Below, in pieces: positions 1 through 13,247 of a DNA stretch of 64,000 nt. Made by a program: the position numbers and the translations under genes. Under the pieces are notes generated by a model. That model was given only the letters and a program-made list of their open reading frames with translations, had not been told where the DNA came from and did not search any database. Location of the stretch: assembly GCF_009914755.1 (NCBI RefSeq), contig NC_060925.1. The stretch is one strand, 5' to 3'. The first letter of the stretch is position 1; each line of letters begins with the position of its first letter. Source of the DNA: the human T2T-CHM13v2.0 reference genome, Homo sapiens.

Positions 1-339
1 TTGGCTCATGGTTCTGCAGGCTGTACAGGAAGCATAGCAGCTTCTGCTTCTGGGGAGGTCTCGGGAAACTTTCAGTCATGGAGGAAGGTGAAGGGAAAGC
101 AGGCATATTGTACTTGGCCAGAGCAGGAACAAGAAAAAGAGGCAGGGAAGGTGCCACCACTTTTAAACAACCATATCTCATGAGAACTTACTCACTATAT
201 AGTACCAAGGGGATATTACTGAACCATTCATAAGCATTTCGTCCCATTATCCGATCACCTCCCACTAGGCCCCACCTCCAACACTAGGGATTACAATCCG
301 ACATGAGATTTTGTGGGGACACAGATCTAAATCATATCA
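1..339 (-). mobile_element. MST-type MaLR LTR (partial)
   Basis: GGCTCATGGTTCTGCAGGCTGTACAGGAAGCAT...CATATCA terminus. Confidence 0.85.
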
Positions 340-2105
340 GTCTTGAGTTATTGGCTTCATCACCCTTGCTGCCCACAAATGTCACAAAGGAAATAACTTA
401 CCACACCCTGAAAACTACTTTTGGTATAAAAGAGGTGATAGAGTAGAGTGGAAATAGATCATAAACATGCATCTAAAAAAGTGTCCCTCAGATATATTTG
501 TACATGACTTCAAGAAATGAGCCTCTCATTAGGATAGGAAACCAAAGTTCAATTCTCAAGAAGTCACAAGTTCATTTACTCAATATGATTTTACAAAGTG
601 CCTGCATGTTATCAGTTTCCACGTGCAGCTGTTTCTAAATGAAAAAAAAAAAGAAAAAAAAAACCAGATATCTCTAGAGGGACCACCAATTCCTCCCAAA
701 TTTCTAACTGAAAGGACCTTTTGGGAATCAGGTTCCTTCTATACCTCTGAAAAGGTGACATCTTAAAGATCAAATATCTTTAACCTAGAGATTTATCATG
801 ATACCTAGCAATACTTGAATCTTAGACATACAACATAAGAGGGTACATTAAATTTTGAAGGTAGCTATGCTGCACAATACTTTAAAATTAAATAATTATA
901 CAGTATTGATTTATGCTTAAAATTCCAGTCTTAGGCTGGTGTGGTGGCTCATGCCTGTAATCTCAGCACTTTTGGAGGCCTAGGTGGCAGATCACCTGAG
1001 GTCAGGAGTTCAAGACCAGCCTGACCAACATGGTGAAACCCTATCTCTACTGAAAATACAAAAATTAGCTGGGCATGGTGGTGCATGCCTGTAATCCCAA
1101 CTACTTGAGAGGCTGAGGCACAATAATCGCTTGAACCCAGGAGGTGGAGGTTGTAGTGAACCGAGATAGTGTCACTGCACTCCAGCCTGGGCAACAAAAC
1201 GAGACTCCATCTCCAAAAAAAAAAAAAAAAAAAATCCAGTCTTAGACCAAGCTCGTTTTAGACCAGCACTGACGTTTTTGTCATCTCTCAGGACTCACAG
1301 AATTAGTTCGATAACTGCCTTGGAGTCTGAATGTATCCTAATCCTCTCATGGGAGTTGTTCACTTTAGCTGAGAAGAAGCTGTCAGGATCTATGTGCTAC
1401 TTGGCTGCTGTTCCAAAGCAAGTGTTATTGTTTCCTAATGTCCATGCATGATTGACAGTGATCTCCAAAGTCTTGCTCACCTTCTGGTAAGTGGAGGTGC
1501 CAAACACTGTCATTTATATTAGTGTGATGCTGGAATTCATCAGTCTTGAAGCCAACCACAAAAAGTCATTTTAGGTCACCTGGGACTCTTTGATCTCAAA
1601 ATGTATTTGGTATCCAGCCAGCCAGTCCTTGTAACTCAGCATGAGAGCACCTTGGATGAAAGTCCTGGAGATGTCAAAATCCACGTTGCAGCCCAGGTTG
1701 ATGTACTCTCACTTGTACCCTTTCTTGATTTTAGCATTTTGCCCCCAGTGTTAGGTGAGGAGGCTGAATCACAGGTCAACTTTAGTCCATGTAAAAAGCT
1801 CATCTTCTCCAGTAACTCTGCACCTAATGTCTTGTCAGTGTTCCACTTCTCTGTAAATGTCAGGCCATATTTGATCCATCTGTTCTTGGTTTCCAGACTA
1901 CCTGTCACTTTGATGGCCTCAGGATTGGCTGAGCCTGAGCTTGTAACATCCAGTCTATTCCCATATTTTGTTTTCAAATGAAGCTTTATTAATCCTAATC
2001 TATACCGCTTGGTGAAGACATCCCTGGTACATTTGTCAAGATCAGTGTACATGGGAGGGACAGCCATATTCTGCTCAGTGGCAGCCACAGGAGGCTCAAC
2101 AGGGT
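340..2105 (-). pseudogene. Processed VDAC1 pseudogene (CDS 2067-911 plus 3' UTR), frameshifted and Alu-interrupted
   Basis: [12 protein letters not shown]...[15 protein letters not shown] matches VDAC1; intronless; frameshifts; C-terminal LRLEF*A*; VDAC1-like 3' UTR runs to about 340. Confidence 0.93.
934..1234 (+). mobile_element. AluS inserted in VDAC1 pseudogene
   Basis: Dimeric Alu, poly(A), TSD about AAA(T)TCCAGTCTTA. Confidence 0.93.
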
Positions 2106-3674
2106 AAGGGGGTGGATTTTCCTATGCTGCTTTGAAGGTCATTCTATTCTTGTTTCTGGTGGTAATTACTCACTTACTAAGATGAATAACAACATTCATT
2201 TACATGTCTTCAAAACAACTTCCTCCCCACTCTTCTATCACATTATCATTCTTGAGTTTAAATAATAGAATTTTATTTTACTTCTTCTTTCCATGTGTGT
2301 TTCTCATGGTTTAAAGAACAAAATTTTATTATTTTATTTATTCAAACTCATTTTCCCTATCTTGTGGCCTATTTCTGCATTTATTTTTCATCTTGCTGTA
2401 GCACTTCCTCTAAAAGTGTTTTTAGTGGTTTGCATGTGTGTGTGTGTGTGTGTGTGCATGTTCGTGTGTGTCTTAAGATTTTGAGGGCTGTAATACCAAA
2501 GAAAAAATCTTCATTCACCCTCGCAATTAAATAAAAGTCTAGATGGATATAAAATAACAAGTTTGCCTTTTTTCTTTGAACACTTTGAAAACATTTTCCA
2601 TTGACTTCTTACATTTAATGTTATTGTTAAGAAGTCTTAGGCTATTCTCATTCCTGTGACTTATAGATAATGCTTTATGTTCTTTAGTATTTCAAAATTT
2701 TTCCTTGTTCATTGATATTCCCAAATTTTACTTTAATATTTAGGTTTTTAAAATCAATTCAGTTAGCAAATTATGATACTTTTCATTGTGAAATCTTTAG
2801 TCTTTCTCTGATTTTGTAAAATTTGGGGTTATTATTTTTTCCATAAGTTTTCTTCTCTTATTTGTACCTGTATGCAGTACATGAATCATACAGATACTGA
2901 CACTTCCTATGCCATCATTCATATTTCTTAACTTGTATACTCTCCTTCTCTGTACCTCTTCTTGGTATTTTTAGGAGAGTTTTTCCTGGCCTTCCAGCTC
3001 ACTATGTTTTTTTCTTTAGTATTATTCTGTATGCTAATCAATTCATCTGTCAGGTACTTATTTTGACAATTATAATTTTCATATTTATTATCTCTTGTTG
3101 GCTGTTATTTAACTTGTCATGAATTGGTGTGTTGAGAGAGTGTTGAGGATTAGTCTCGGGCAGAAAACCTCTAGAGCTCTAGCTGGACACAGTCATTCCC
3201 TAGTTGCCCACCCCACTGTGTATGGTGGTGAGACAGGAATTCTTGGGAGCAGTACATTTGTGCCTATTGCTATCTGCTTCCCACAGTGGCTGGGTTCTAA
3301 TACCATCCTAGTAATTACTCCACTACCACTGGTTGGTAGAATAATTGCCCTGCTGGAATAGGAAATGAGCAGCTTGGAAAGATCTGGGGGAGAGAAAAGA
3401 TCTCATTCAGAAAGCATTCTCTTACCTCTAATTTGCCTCTTCCTCTCTAAGCAGCTTCTGCTTCCCTGTGTTTGTTTCCTCATGTATTTATGACAATTTT
3501 ACAGGTTTTTTGATAGGCAAAAGTTTGTCTCTTGTTTATTTGGTATTTCCAAGGTACAGTTTAATAGTAAGAGCCTGAAGCCATCTTGTCAACAAATGTA
3601 AGTTTGTTAATGCAAAAAAAGTGCAAGTAAAACAAAATAAATCTGTGGGCTGAAACAGGATTAGATGGCTTTTT

Positions 3675-3962
3675 TACTTTCATTTTTATTTTATTTTATT
3701 TTATTTCATTTTTTGAGATGGAGTCTCGCTCTGTCGCTGCAAGCTCTGCCTCCCCGGGTTTATGCCATTCTCCTGCCTCAGCCTCCAGAGTAGCTGGGAC
3801 TACAGGCACCCCCCACCACACCTGGCTAATTTTTTTGTATTTTTAGTAGAGACGGGGTTTCACCGTGTTAGCCAAGATGGTCTTGATCTCCTGACCTCGT
3901 GATCTGCCTGCCGCGGCCTCCCAAAGTGCTGGGATTACAGGCTTGAGCCACCGCGCCCGGCC
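3675..3962 (-). mobile_element. AluY-like with internal deletion
   Basis: Alu reverse complement lacking about 35 nt after CTGTCGC; TSD GATTAGA(T/G)GGCTTT. Confidence 0.88.
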
Positions 3963-4196
3963 GATTAGAGGGCTTTAAAAGACCAGACAGTGTCTGCCCA
4001 ACCAGAAAAACTGTGTATTTTCAGAGCAGGTGTATGTGAAAGCAGAACAATCAGGGCCTGAGGAAACCACCGAGCATTTGCATATCTGAGGGTTCTCAAC
4101 CTCACATGTCTGAGACAGCATCTATATGCCTCCTGAGCTGGTCAGAAGGACAGTGTTACTGAAAATCTATGAGAAAGGACCAGCAGGGAAACATAG

Positions 4197-4217
4197 CAAA
4201 TTGTCCACTGAATGAAG
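4197..4217 (-). pseudogene. Relic FCRL 21-nt S2 mini-exon (SSFSGQF), dead donor
   Basis: pyrimidine tract + ttgcag|CTTCATTCAGTGGACAATTTG|ctatgt; resembles FCRL4/5 S2 exons (APVSGQF, APVCGQS). Confidence 0.8.
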
Positions 4218-4551
4218 CTGCAAGCGAGAGAAGAATGAAAAGTGAGCACAGAGCAGTACATCATCTTTTTTCACTCTGTAATTCTGAGGGTTTTTTGGCA
4301 CCCGTCCATACCCTACTTCCCTGCTTTTTTTCAAATTCCTTCTCCCATATTTAATATATCCCCAAAAGCCACACCTTTCCCAACAACACTATAACCCATG
4401 CTTTATTTTATGCTCACAAGGAACTTTCCAACATATGCCTTGCCCATTACCAAGAGCTCTTCATTTTTCACATGTTCAGCATCTCCAGTATTTATTACTT
4501 TCACTGCAGCTTCCACATCTTCAGGGCACTAGTATAATTTAAGACATAGAG

Positions 4552-7128
4552 TCTCAGGTTACAAAGTCAATGGCATAAATTCGTAGCACTGCTGTACACC
4601 AACAACAACCAAGCTGAGAATCAAATAAAAAATGGAATCCCTTTTATAATAGCTGTAAAAACAAACAAACAACAACAATAACAACAAACCCTAGTAATAT
4701 ACTTAACCAAGGAGGTGGAAGATTTCTGCAAGGAGAACTACAAAATACTACTGAAAGAAATCATAGATGGCACATATAGATGGAAACACATCCCATGCTC
4801 ATGGATTGGAAGAATGGTTATTTTCACAATTTTGTGATTGCCCAAAGTCACCTACAGATTTCATGCAAATTATATCAAAATACCATCACCATTTTTCACA
4901 GACTTAAAAAAAATCTTAAAATTCATATGGAACAACAACAAAAAAAGCCCAAATAGCCGAAGCAATCCTAAGCAAAAAGAACAAACCTGGAGGTATTACA
5001 AGACTTGAATTTATACTACAAGGCTATAGTTACTAAAACAGCATGGGCACTGGTATAAAAGTAGGCATATCGTAACCAATGGAACAGAACAGAAAATCCA
5101 GAAATAAAGCCAAATGCTTACAACGAACTGATGTTCAACAAAACATACAAAAACATAAATTGGAGAGAGGACACCCTATTTAATAAATGGTGCTGGGAAA
5201 ACTGGCTAGCCACGTGTAGAAGAATAAAACTGGATCCCTATCTCTCATCTCATACAAAAATCAACTTAGGATGAGTCAAAGACTTAATCTAAGACCTGAA
5301 ACCATAAAAATTCTAGAAGATGACCTTGGAAAAACTCTTCTGGACATTGACCTAGGCAAAGAATTTATAACTAAGACCTCAAAAGCAAATGCAACAAAAA
5401 CAAGGATAAATAAATGGGACCTAATTAAACTAAAAAAGCTTCTGCACAGCAAAAGCAATAATCATCAGAGCAAACAGACAACCCACAGACTGGGAGAAAA
5501 TATTTGCAAACTATCCGTCTGACAAAGGACTAATATTTAGAACTACAAGGAACTCAGACAAATCAGCAAGAAAAAAAACTCATGAAAAAGTGAGCAAATG
5601 ACATGTATAGACATTTCTCAAAAGAAGATATGCAAAAGGCCAACAAATATATGAAACAATGATCAACATCACTAATCATCAGGAAAATGCAAATTAAAAC
5701 CACAATGAGATGCCACTTTACTTTTGCAAGAATGGCCATTATTAAAAAGTCAAAAAATAATAGATGTTGGCATGGATGTGGTGAAACGGGAACACTTACA
5801 CACTGCTGGTGAGAATGTAAATTAGTACAACCTCTATGGAAAACAGTATGGAGATTTCTTAAAGAACTAAAAGTCCTATGTCAGGAAACAACAGGTGCTG
5901 GAGAGATGTGGAGAAATAGGAACAATTTTACACTGTTGGTGGGACTGTAAACTAGTTCAACCATTGTGGAAGTCGGTGTGGCGACTCCTCAGGGATCTAG
6001 AACTAGAAATACCATTTGACCCAGAAATCCCATTACTGGGTATACACCCAAAGGATTATAAATCATGCTGCTATAAAGACACATGCACAAGTATATTTAT
6101 TGCGGCATTATTCACTATAGCAAAGACTTGGAACCAACCCAAATGTCCAACAATGATAGACTGGATTAAGAAAATGTGGCACATATACACCATGGAATAC
6201 TATGCAGCCATAAAAAATGATGAGTTCATGTCCTTTGTAGGGACATGGATGAAGCTGGAAACCATCATTCTCAGAAAACTATCCCAAGGACAAAAAACCA
6301 AACGCCGCATGTTCTCACTCTAGGTGGGAATTGAACAATGAGAACACATGGACACAGGCAAGGGGAACATCACACTCTGGGGACTATTGTGGGGTGGTGG
6401 GCGGGGGAGGGATAGCATTAGGAGATATACCTAATGCTAAATGACGAGTTAATGGGTGCAGCACACCAACATGGTACATGTACACATATGTAACAAACCT
6501 GCACATTGTGCACATGTACCCTAAAACTTAAAGTATAATAATAAAAAAAAAGAACTAAAAGTAGATCTACCTTTAATTTCAGCATTCCCACTACTGGGTA
6601 TCTACCCAAAGGAAAATAAGTCATTGTGTGAAAAAGACATATACACATGTATGTTTATAGCAGCACAAGTCACAATTGCAAAGAGATGGACCAATCTAAG
6701 TGCCCATCAACTAATGAGTGGGTAAAGAAAATGTGGTATACATGTATACCATGGAATAGTACTCAGCCATAAAAATGAATGAAATAATGTCTTTTGCAGC
6801 ACTTGGGTGAAGCTGGAGCCACTATTCTAAGTGAAGTAACTCAGGAATGGAAAATCAAATACTGTATGTTCTCACTTAACAGTGGGAGCTAATCTATGAG
6901 TACACAAAGGCTTACAGAGTGGTATCGGGCATTGGAGACTCAGAAGAAGGAGGGTAGGAGGGGTATAAGGAACAAACCCCTACATATTGGGTACAATGTA
7001 CACTAGTTGGGTGATGGGTGCACTGAAATCTCAGAATACACCACTGTATAATTCATCTATGTAACCAAAAACCACTTATACCTCTAAACTATTGAAATAA
7101 TAAAATATTAAGATATTTTAAAAAAAGA
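4552..7128 (+). mobile_element. 5'-truncated L1PB-like element
   Basis: ORF2 3' part and 3' UTR; TSD AAGACA(T/C)AGAG. Confidence 0.88.
5875..6548 (+). mobile_element. Younger L1PA 3' fragment nested in L1PB
   Basis: ORF2 C-terminus (ORF 5895-6323), poly(A), perfect TSD AAAGAACTAAAAGT. Confidence 0.9.
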
Positions 7129-7639
7129 CACAGAGCTAGGGAGAGAACATACAGAAGAAGAGTGGTCTCTCCCGTGTTCTGTAGGTTGTATAGGTCCTCC
7201 TTTCTTGATTTTAGGTCAACTTTTTGCTTAGGAGTCCATTTTTCACTCTAAAATTATGTACAGAATGTGTCTACTAAGTACAGAGAAAGGAATTGTGTTT
7301 CTTAGCAAAGTTTTTATCTTCCCTTGTGTACAAATAAACAGTGATGCCAAATGGTCTATTGTTTAATACAAATTTTAATCTGTTATCTAAAGTGTGTTGT
7401 TTCATTTTGGAAGGAATGGATTACTGGAGTGTGGTATTAAAAAAAAGCCAATTACATCACGTATAAAGTTTCCTATAAGATCAGAACAGAAATTTATTAA
7501 AAAGAAAGATTTCTGTTTTTCCTAGCAGAATTTGAAATGCATTGCTTCTACATTTTCTTGGAAATCTAAATCATCTCATTTTCTTTATTCTCAAATATCT
7601 CTGGAGACTGCATTGGAAGTGAGACCCAGCGTTTCTGCT

Positions 7640-7935
7640 AGACAATGGCCACAGACTTGGGCTCTGAGAAAACCTCAAAGATATCCAGATCCCAGGACCT
7701 CCATTCTCTTCCTGTTCCACATCTCATTCCAAGTGGTCCAGCTCATAAAATGCCAGCAGCAATGACCACAGTACCATGAGGCCTCCTCATTCAGCTATTT
7801 GAAAGGAGATTGTCTTAGTGACTGACTTGAAGGGGTCTATCAAACAGTAACCAAAAGCAAGGATCACAAACAGGCCTTCAGAATATTTTACCTAGATAGA
7901 AAGCAAGGAAGTAAGACTCCTCCAATGTTTGATCT
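7640..7935 (-). pseudogene. Relic FCRL promoter and exon 1 (MVLWSLLLAF, coding 7747-7777), dead donor
   Basis: Aligns by eye with 54005-54285; 31-nt coding part followed by ATGAGC instead of GTGAGT. Confidence 0.85.
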
Positions 7936-8991
7936 CTACTTCCTCATATAGTATACAGAGCTCTTTTCTATAAGATTGTTTTGATTATATATCTCAACAG
8001 TAATGTATCATAAGCTGATAGACCCTCCACACAACCACTGGGATATCTCAGGGGAAATATTGCCAAGTTATTGTCTGACTGCATAGAGTAACAGCCTTTC
8101 ATTTCTCTAAACTAGTAATGCTACTCAAAATGTTGACTTAAACACAAAGATGTTCATTGTAACACTGTTTATCATAATGAGTAATTGTCAATACTATAAA
8201 GGCCCTCAAATAAATCATTTACAAAATAAGTTTGTACGTTTTCAAACATACCAGGCAATACACAAATATCTTAGAATAATACTTAATGGCATGGAAACAA
8301 AACAAAATTATTAAAAGAAAAAATGAGATTACTGTTATCATTATTTTTAAATTGTATATTTATGTATACGTGAGCACATGCATAGAAAATATTCTGGCTG
8401 ATGGATATTGAGATATTAGCAATTATCTCAGAGTTAATGGAATAAAAGTGATTTTTAATTATCTTTTTTTATTTCTCATGTTTCTAATTTTTCTATAATG
8501 GACACCCAAACACACACACAAACACGCACCATAGGTTCTTGTGGCCCTTCTCAGTTCTAAGGGGTTCAGGTTCAGGGTCCAGATTCTCAGATTTCAGCAC
8601 AGGCAAGTCATATGTATGGATGTTAAGCATGTGGAGGAAAGTTAAATGGTTAAGTGACATCTCATCATCAGATAGTTTCCATCTGAGACCAGAGAGGTCA
8701 CTGGCAACTTAACCATCAGTCCAGACCTTGAATTTCTGAAAGCCTGCAGTTCCCACCAGATTTAGCCAAGCCAGAAATATGTAAAGTAATTCTTAACAGA
8801 TAAACGTGAGTTTGAGGTGGTTGTTTGTGTGGGGAGTCACTGATCGGAGATATATTAAGTGCCTGTGTTGCCATGTATACTTTAATATATTCCTCTGGAG
8901 CAATTTACTCCAGAGTTACTATTAATAAAGGGAGTATGTACTATCTCCCAAGGATGGTTGGGTGTAAGTAATAGCTAAGAGTAATTTTTCA

Positions 8992-9290
8992 CAGCTGGAT
9001 GCAGTGGCTCACCACTGTACTCCCAGCACTTTGGGAGGCCAAGGCTGGAGGATCACTTGAAGTATCTGATGAAGGAGTTTGAGACCAGCTTGTGCAACAT
9101 AGTGAGACCTCATATCTACCGAAGATTTTTTTTAAAAAATTAGCTGGGTGTAGTGGCACAAACCTGTGGTCCCAACTACTTGGGAGGCTGAAGTGGGAGG
9201 AACACTTGGGTCCAGGAGGTCAAGGCGGCAGTAAGCTGTGATTGTGCTACTGTACTGCAGCCTGGATAATAGAGTAAGACTCTATCTCAA

Positions 9291-9345
<55 letters not shown>

Positions 9346-9347
9346 AA
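8992..9347 (+). mobile_element. AluJ with (TAAA)n tail
   Basis: Diverged Alu; tetranucleotide tail 9289-9346. Confidence 0.88.
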
Positions 9348-9545
9348 GAGTAGTTCCCCATTTCTAGGGTGGTACCAGATGCTGCTATGAAGTTCATTTT
9401 GGATCTCTTGAACCAATGGCTCATGCATGATTGGCTAGGAGGAATACACTAGGAGGTTGTCTAGGTGAACTCCTTTCAAGCCTCTTGGTTCATGGACTTT
9501 TATTTTTAAGTTAGCATTTAGAATGTTTCAACCTAAATTTATATA

Positions 9546-11800
9546 CCAGTGTATCTTGTTTTATTGTGCTTTGCAAATACTGTGTTTCTTAAACATTGAA
9601 GGTTTGTGGCAACCCTGCATTCAGAAAGTCCGCTTGTGCGATTTTTCCCACAGCATGTGCTCACTTTGTATCTCTGTGTCACATTTTGGTAATTCTCATA
9701 ATATTTCAGACTTTTTCATTATTATTATATATGTTATGATTATCTGTAATTAATGATCTATTGTAATTGTTTTGGGGCTCCACAAAACCATACCCACATA
9801 AGATGGTGAACATAACTGACAAACGTTGTGTGTTTTCTGGCTGCTCCACAGACTGGCCTTTCCCCTGTTTCTCTCTTTCTCCTTGGGCCTCTCTATTCCC
9901 TGAGACAAAAAATATTGAAACTAGTCTAATTAATATCGTTACAATGCCCTTTAAGTGTTCAAGTGAAAGGAGGAGTCACATGTCTTTCACTTTAAGTCAA
10001 AATCTGGAACTGACTAAGCTTAGCAAAGAAGGCATGTCAACAGCTGAGATGGGCCAAAAGCTAGGCCTCTGGTGCCAGTTAGCCAAGTTGTGAATGCAAA
10101 GGAAAAGTTATTGAAGGAAATTAAATATTCTACTGCAGTGAACACACGCATAATAAGAAAGCAATACAGCCTCATTGCTGATATGAAGACAGTTTTAGTG
10201 GTCTGGATAGAAGATCAAATCAGCCACAACATTCCCTTAAAAGCCAAAGCTTAATACAGAGTGAGGCCTTTAACTCTTTTCAATTCTATAAAGGCTGAGA
10301 GAGGTGAGGAAGCTGTGGAAGAAAAATTTAAAGCTAAGAAATGTTGGTTCATAAAGTTTAGGGAAAGAAGTCGTCTCAATAACATAAAAAATACAAGGTG
10401 AAGCAGCAAGTGCTGTGTCGAAGCTGCAGCAAGTTATCCAGAAGTAGCTAAAATAAAGGTGGTTACACTAAACAACAGATTTTCAATGTAGTGAAACAGC
10501 CTGATCCTGGAAAAAGATGCCATTTAGAATTTTCACAGTTAGAGAAGAGAAGTCAATGTCTGGCTTCAAAGAATCAAAGGACAGGTTGACTCTCTTGTTA
10601 GGTACAAATGCAACTGGTGACTTTAAGTTGAAGCCAATGCTCATTTACTATTCTGAAAATCCTAAGGCCCTTAAGAGTTACACTAAGTCTAATCTTCTCG
10701 TGTTCTACAAATGGAGCCAGAAAGTCTGCATAATAGCACATCTGTTTACAACATAGCTACTGAATATTTTAAGCCCACTGTTGAGACTTACTGCTCAGAA
10801 TAAAAGATTTCTTTCAAAATATTACTGCTCCTTGGCAATGTACGTGGTCACCCAAGGCTCTGATGGAGATACACAAGGAGATTAATGTTGTTTTCATGCC
10901 TGCTAATATAACATTCATTCTGCAGCCCATGGATCAAGGGGTAAGTTAGATTTTCAAGTTAAGAAATACATGTTGCAAGACTATTACTCTCTTAATGATT
11001 TCTCCTATGGATCTAGGCAAAATAAATTGAAAATGTTCTGGAAAGGATTCACCATTCTTGATGTTATTAAGAACATTCATGACTTGTGGGAGGAAGTCTG
11101 AATATCAACATTAAACAAAAGTTTGGAAGAAGATGATTCCAACTCTCATGGATGACTTAGAGGGGTTCAAAACTCCAGTGAAGGAAGTAACTGAAGATGT
11201 GGTAGAAACAGCAAGAGAACTAGAATTGGAAGTGAAGCCTGAGATATGACAGAATCGCTGCAATCTCATGATAAAATGTGAATGAATGAGGAGTTGCTTC
11301 TTATGGATGAGCAAAGAACATGGTTTCTTGAGCTGGAATCTTCTCCTAGTGAAGATGTAAACAATGTTGAAATGAAAATGAAGCATTTTGAATATCCCAT
11401 AAACATAGTTGATAAAGCAGCGGCAAGGTTTGAGAGGATTGACTTCAATTTTGAAAGAAGTTCTGTTGTGGGAAAAATGCTTTCAAACAGCATCACATGC
11501 TACAGAGAAGTCTTTTGTAACAGGAAGAGTCAGTCAATGCAGCAAATGTCATTGCTATTTTAAGAAATTACCAAAGCCACTTTAGCCTTCAGCAACCACT
11601 ACTCTGACCAGTCAGCAGCCATCAACACTGAGGCAAGACCTCCCCATCAGAAAACAGATTACAACTCACTTCAGGCTTATATAATCATTAGCATTCCTTA
11701 GGCAATTAAGTATTTTTTAGTTAAGATAAGTACATTGCTTTTATAGACTTAATTCTATTGCACACTTAATAGACTACAGTATTGTATAAACATAACTTTT
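9546..11800 (+). mobile_element. Near full-length Tigger1 DNA transposon with decayed transposase, 3' terminus missing
   Basis: Transposase fragments [25 protein letters not shown] and [16 protein letters not shown]; stops at AAACATAACTTTT. Confidence 0.92.
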
Positions 11801-11925
11801 TTTAATGTTCTCAAAGCTTTAATTAAGAACACTTTTCAGGAAATAATATACATCACACTAATTGTCCTTGCAGATTTAATTGGTATTTGAAGAAATCTTC
11901 AGATAATTCAATGTATCTTTAACTC

Positions 11926-12290
11926 TTTTCTTTTTTTAAATTTCAAATTTTATTTTAGATACAGGGAGTACATACGCAGGTTTGTTACATGGGTATATTG
12001 TACCCTGGTAATGAGCATAATACCCAATAGGTAGTTTTTTGACCCACGCTCCCCTCCCTCTCTCCCTGCTCTAGTAGCGCATAGTGTCTGTTGTTGCTAT
12101 GTTTTTGTCCATATATACTCAATGTTTAGCTCCCACTTATAACTAAGAACATGTGATATTTGGTTTTCTGTTCCTGCACTAATTTGCTTAAAGTTATGAC
12201 CTCCAGCTCCATTCATGTTGCTGTGGAGGACATGATTTCATTCTCTTTTATGGCCATGTAGTATTCTATGGTTATATGTACCACATTTTC
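11926..12290 (-). mobile_element. L1 (old L1PA/L1PB) 3' end
   Basis: Poly(T) then L1 3' UTR reverse complement. Confidence 0.8.
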
Positions 12291-12866
12291 TTTTTTGTTA
12301 TTTGACTTTTAAGTTCAGGGGTAACTGTACAGGTTTGTTATGTAGGTAAACTTGTGTCGTGGGGGTTTGTTGTATAGGTTATTTCATCACTCAGGCATTA
12401 AGCCTAGTACCCATCGTTTTTTTCTGATCCTCTCCCTCTTCTCACTTTCCACCCTCTGATAGGCCCCAATGTGTGTTGTTCCTCTCTATGTGTCCATGTG
12501 TTCTCATTATTTAGCTCCCACTTATAAGTAAGAACATGCAGTTTTTGGTTTTCTGTTCCTGTGTTAGTTTGTGAAGAATAATGGCCTCCAGCTCCATTCA
12601 TGTTCCTGCAAAGGACATGATCTCCTTTTATATGGCCACATAGTATTCCATGGTACATATGCACCACATTTTCTTTATCCGGTCTACTATTGATGGGCAT
12701 TTAGGTTGATTCCATGTCTTTGCTATTGTGAATAGTGCTGCAATGAACATATGCATGTATGTGTCTTTATAATAGAACAATTTATATACCCTTGGCTAGA
12801 TAGTGGTATTTCTGTTTTTAGGTCTTTGAGGAATTGCCACATCATCTTCTACAATGGTTGAACTAA

Positions 12867-13247
<381 letters not shown>

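Noticed and set aside
1636-2088. Functional VDAC gene
   Set aside because: Intronless, frameshifted, premature stops, Alu in the CDS
9767-11563. Tigger transposase ORFs as a domesticated TIGD-like gene
   Set aside because: Broken by many stops and frameshifts
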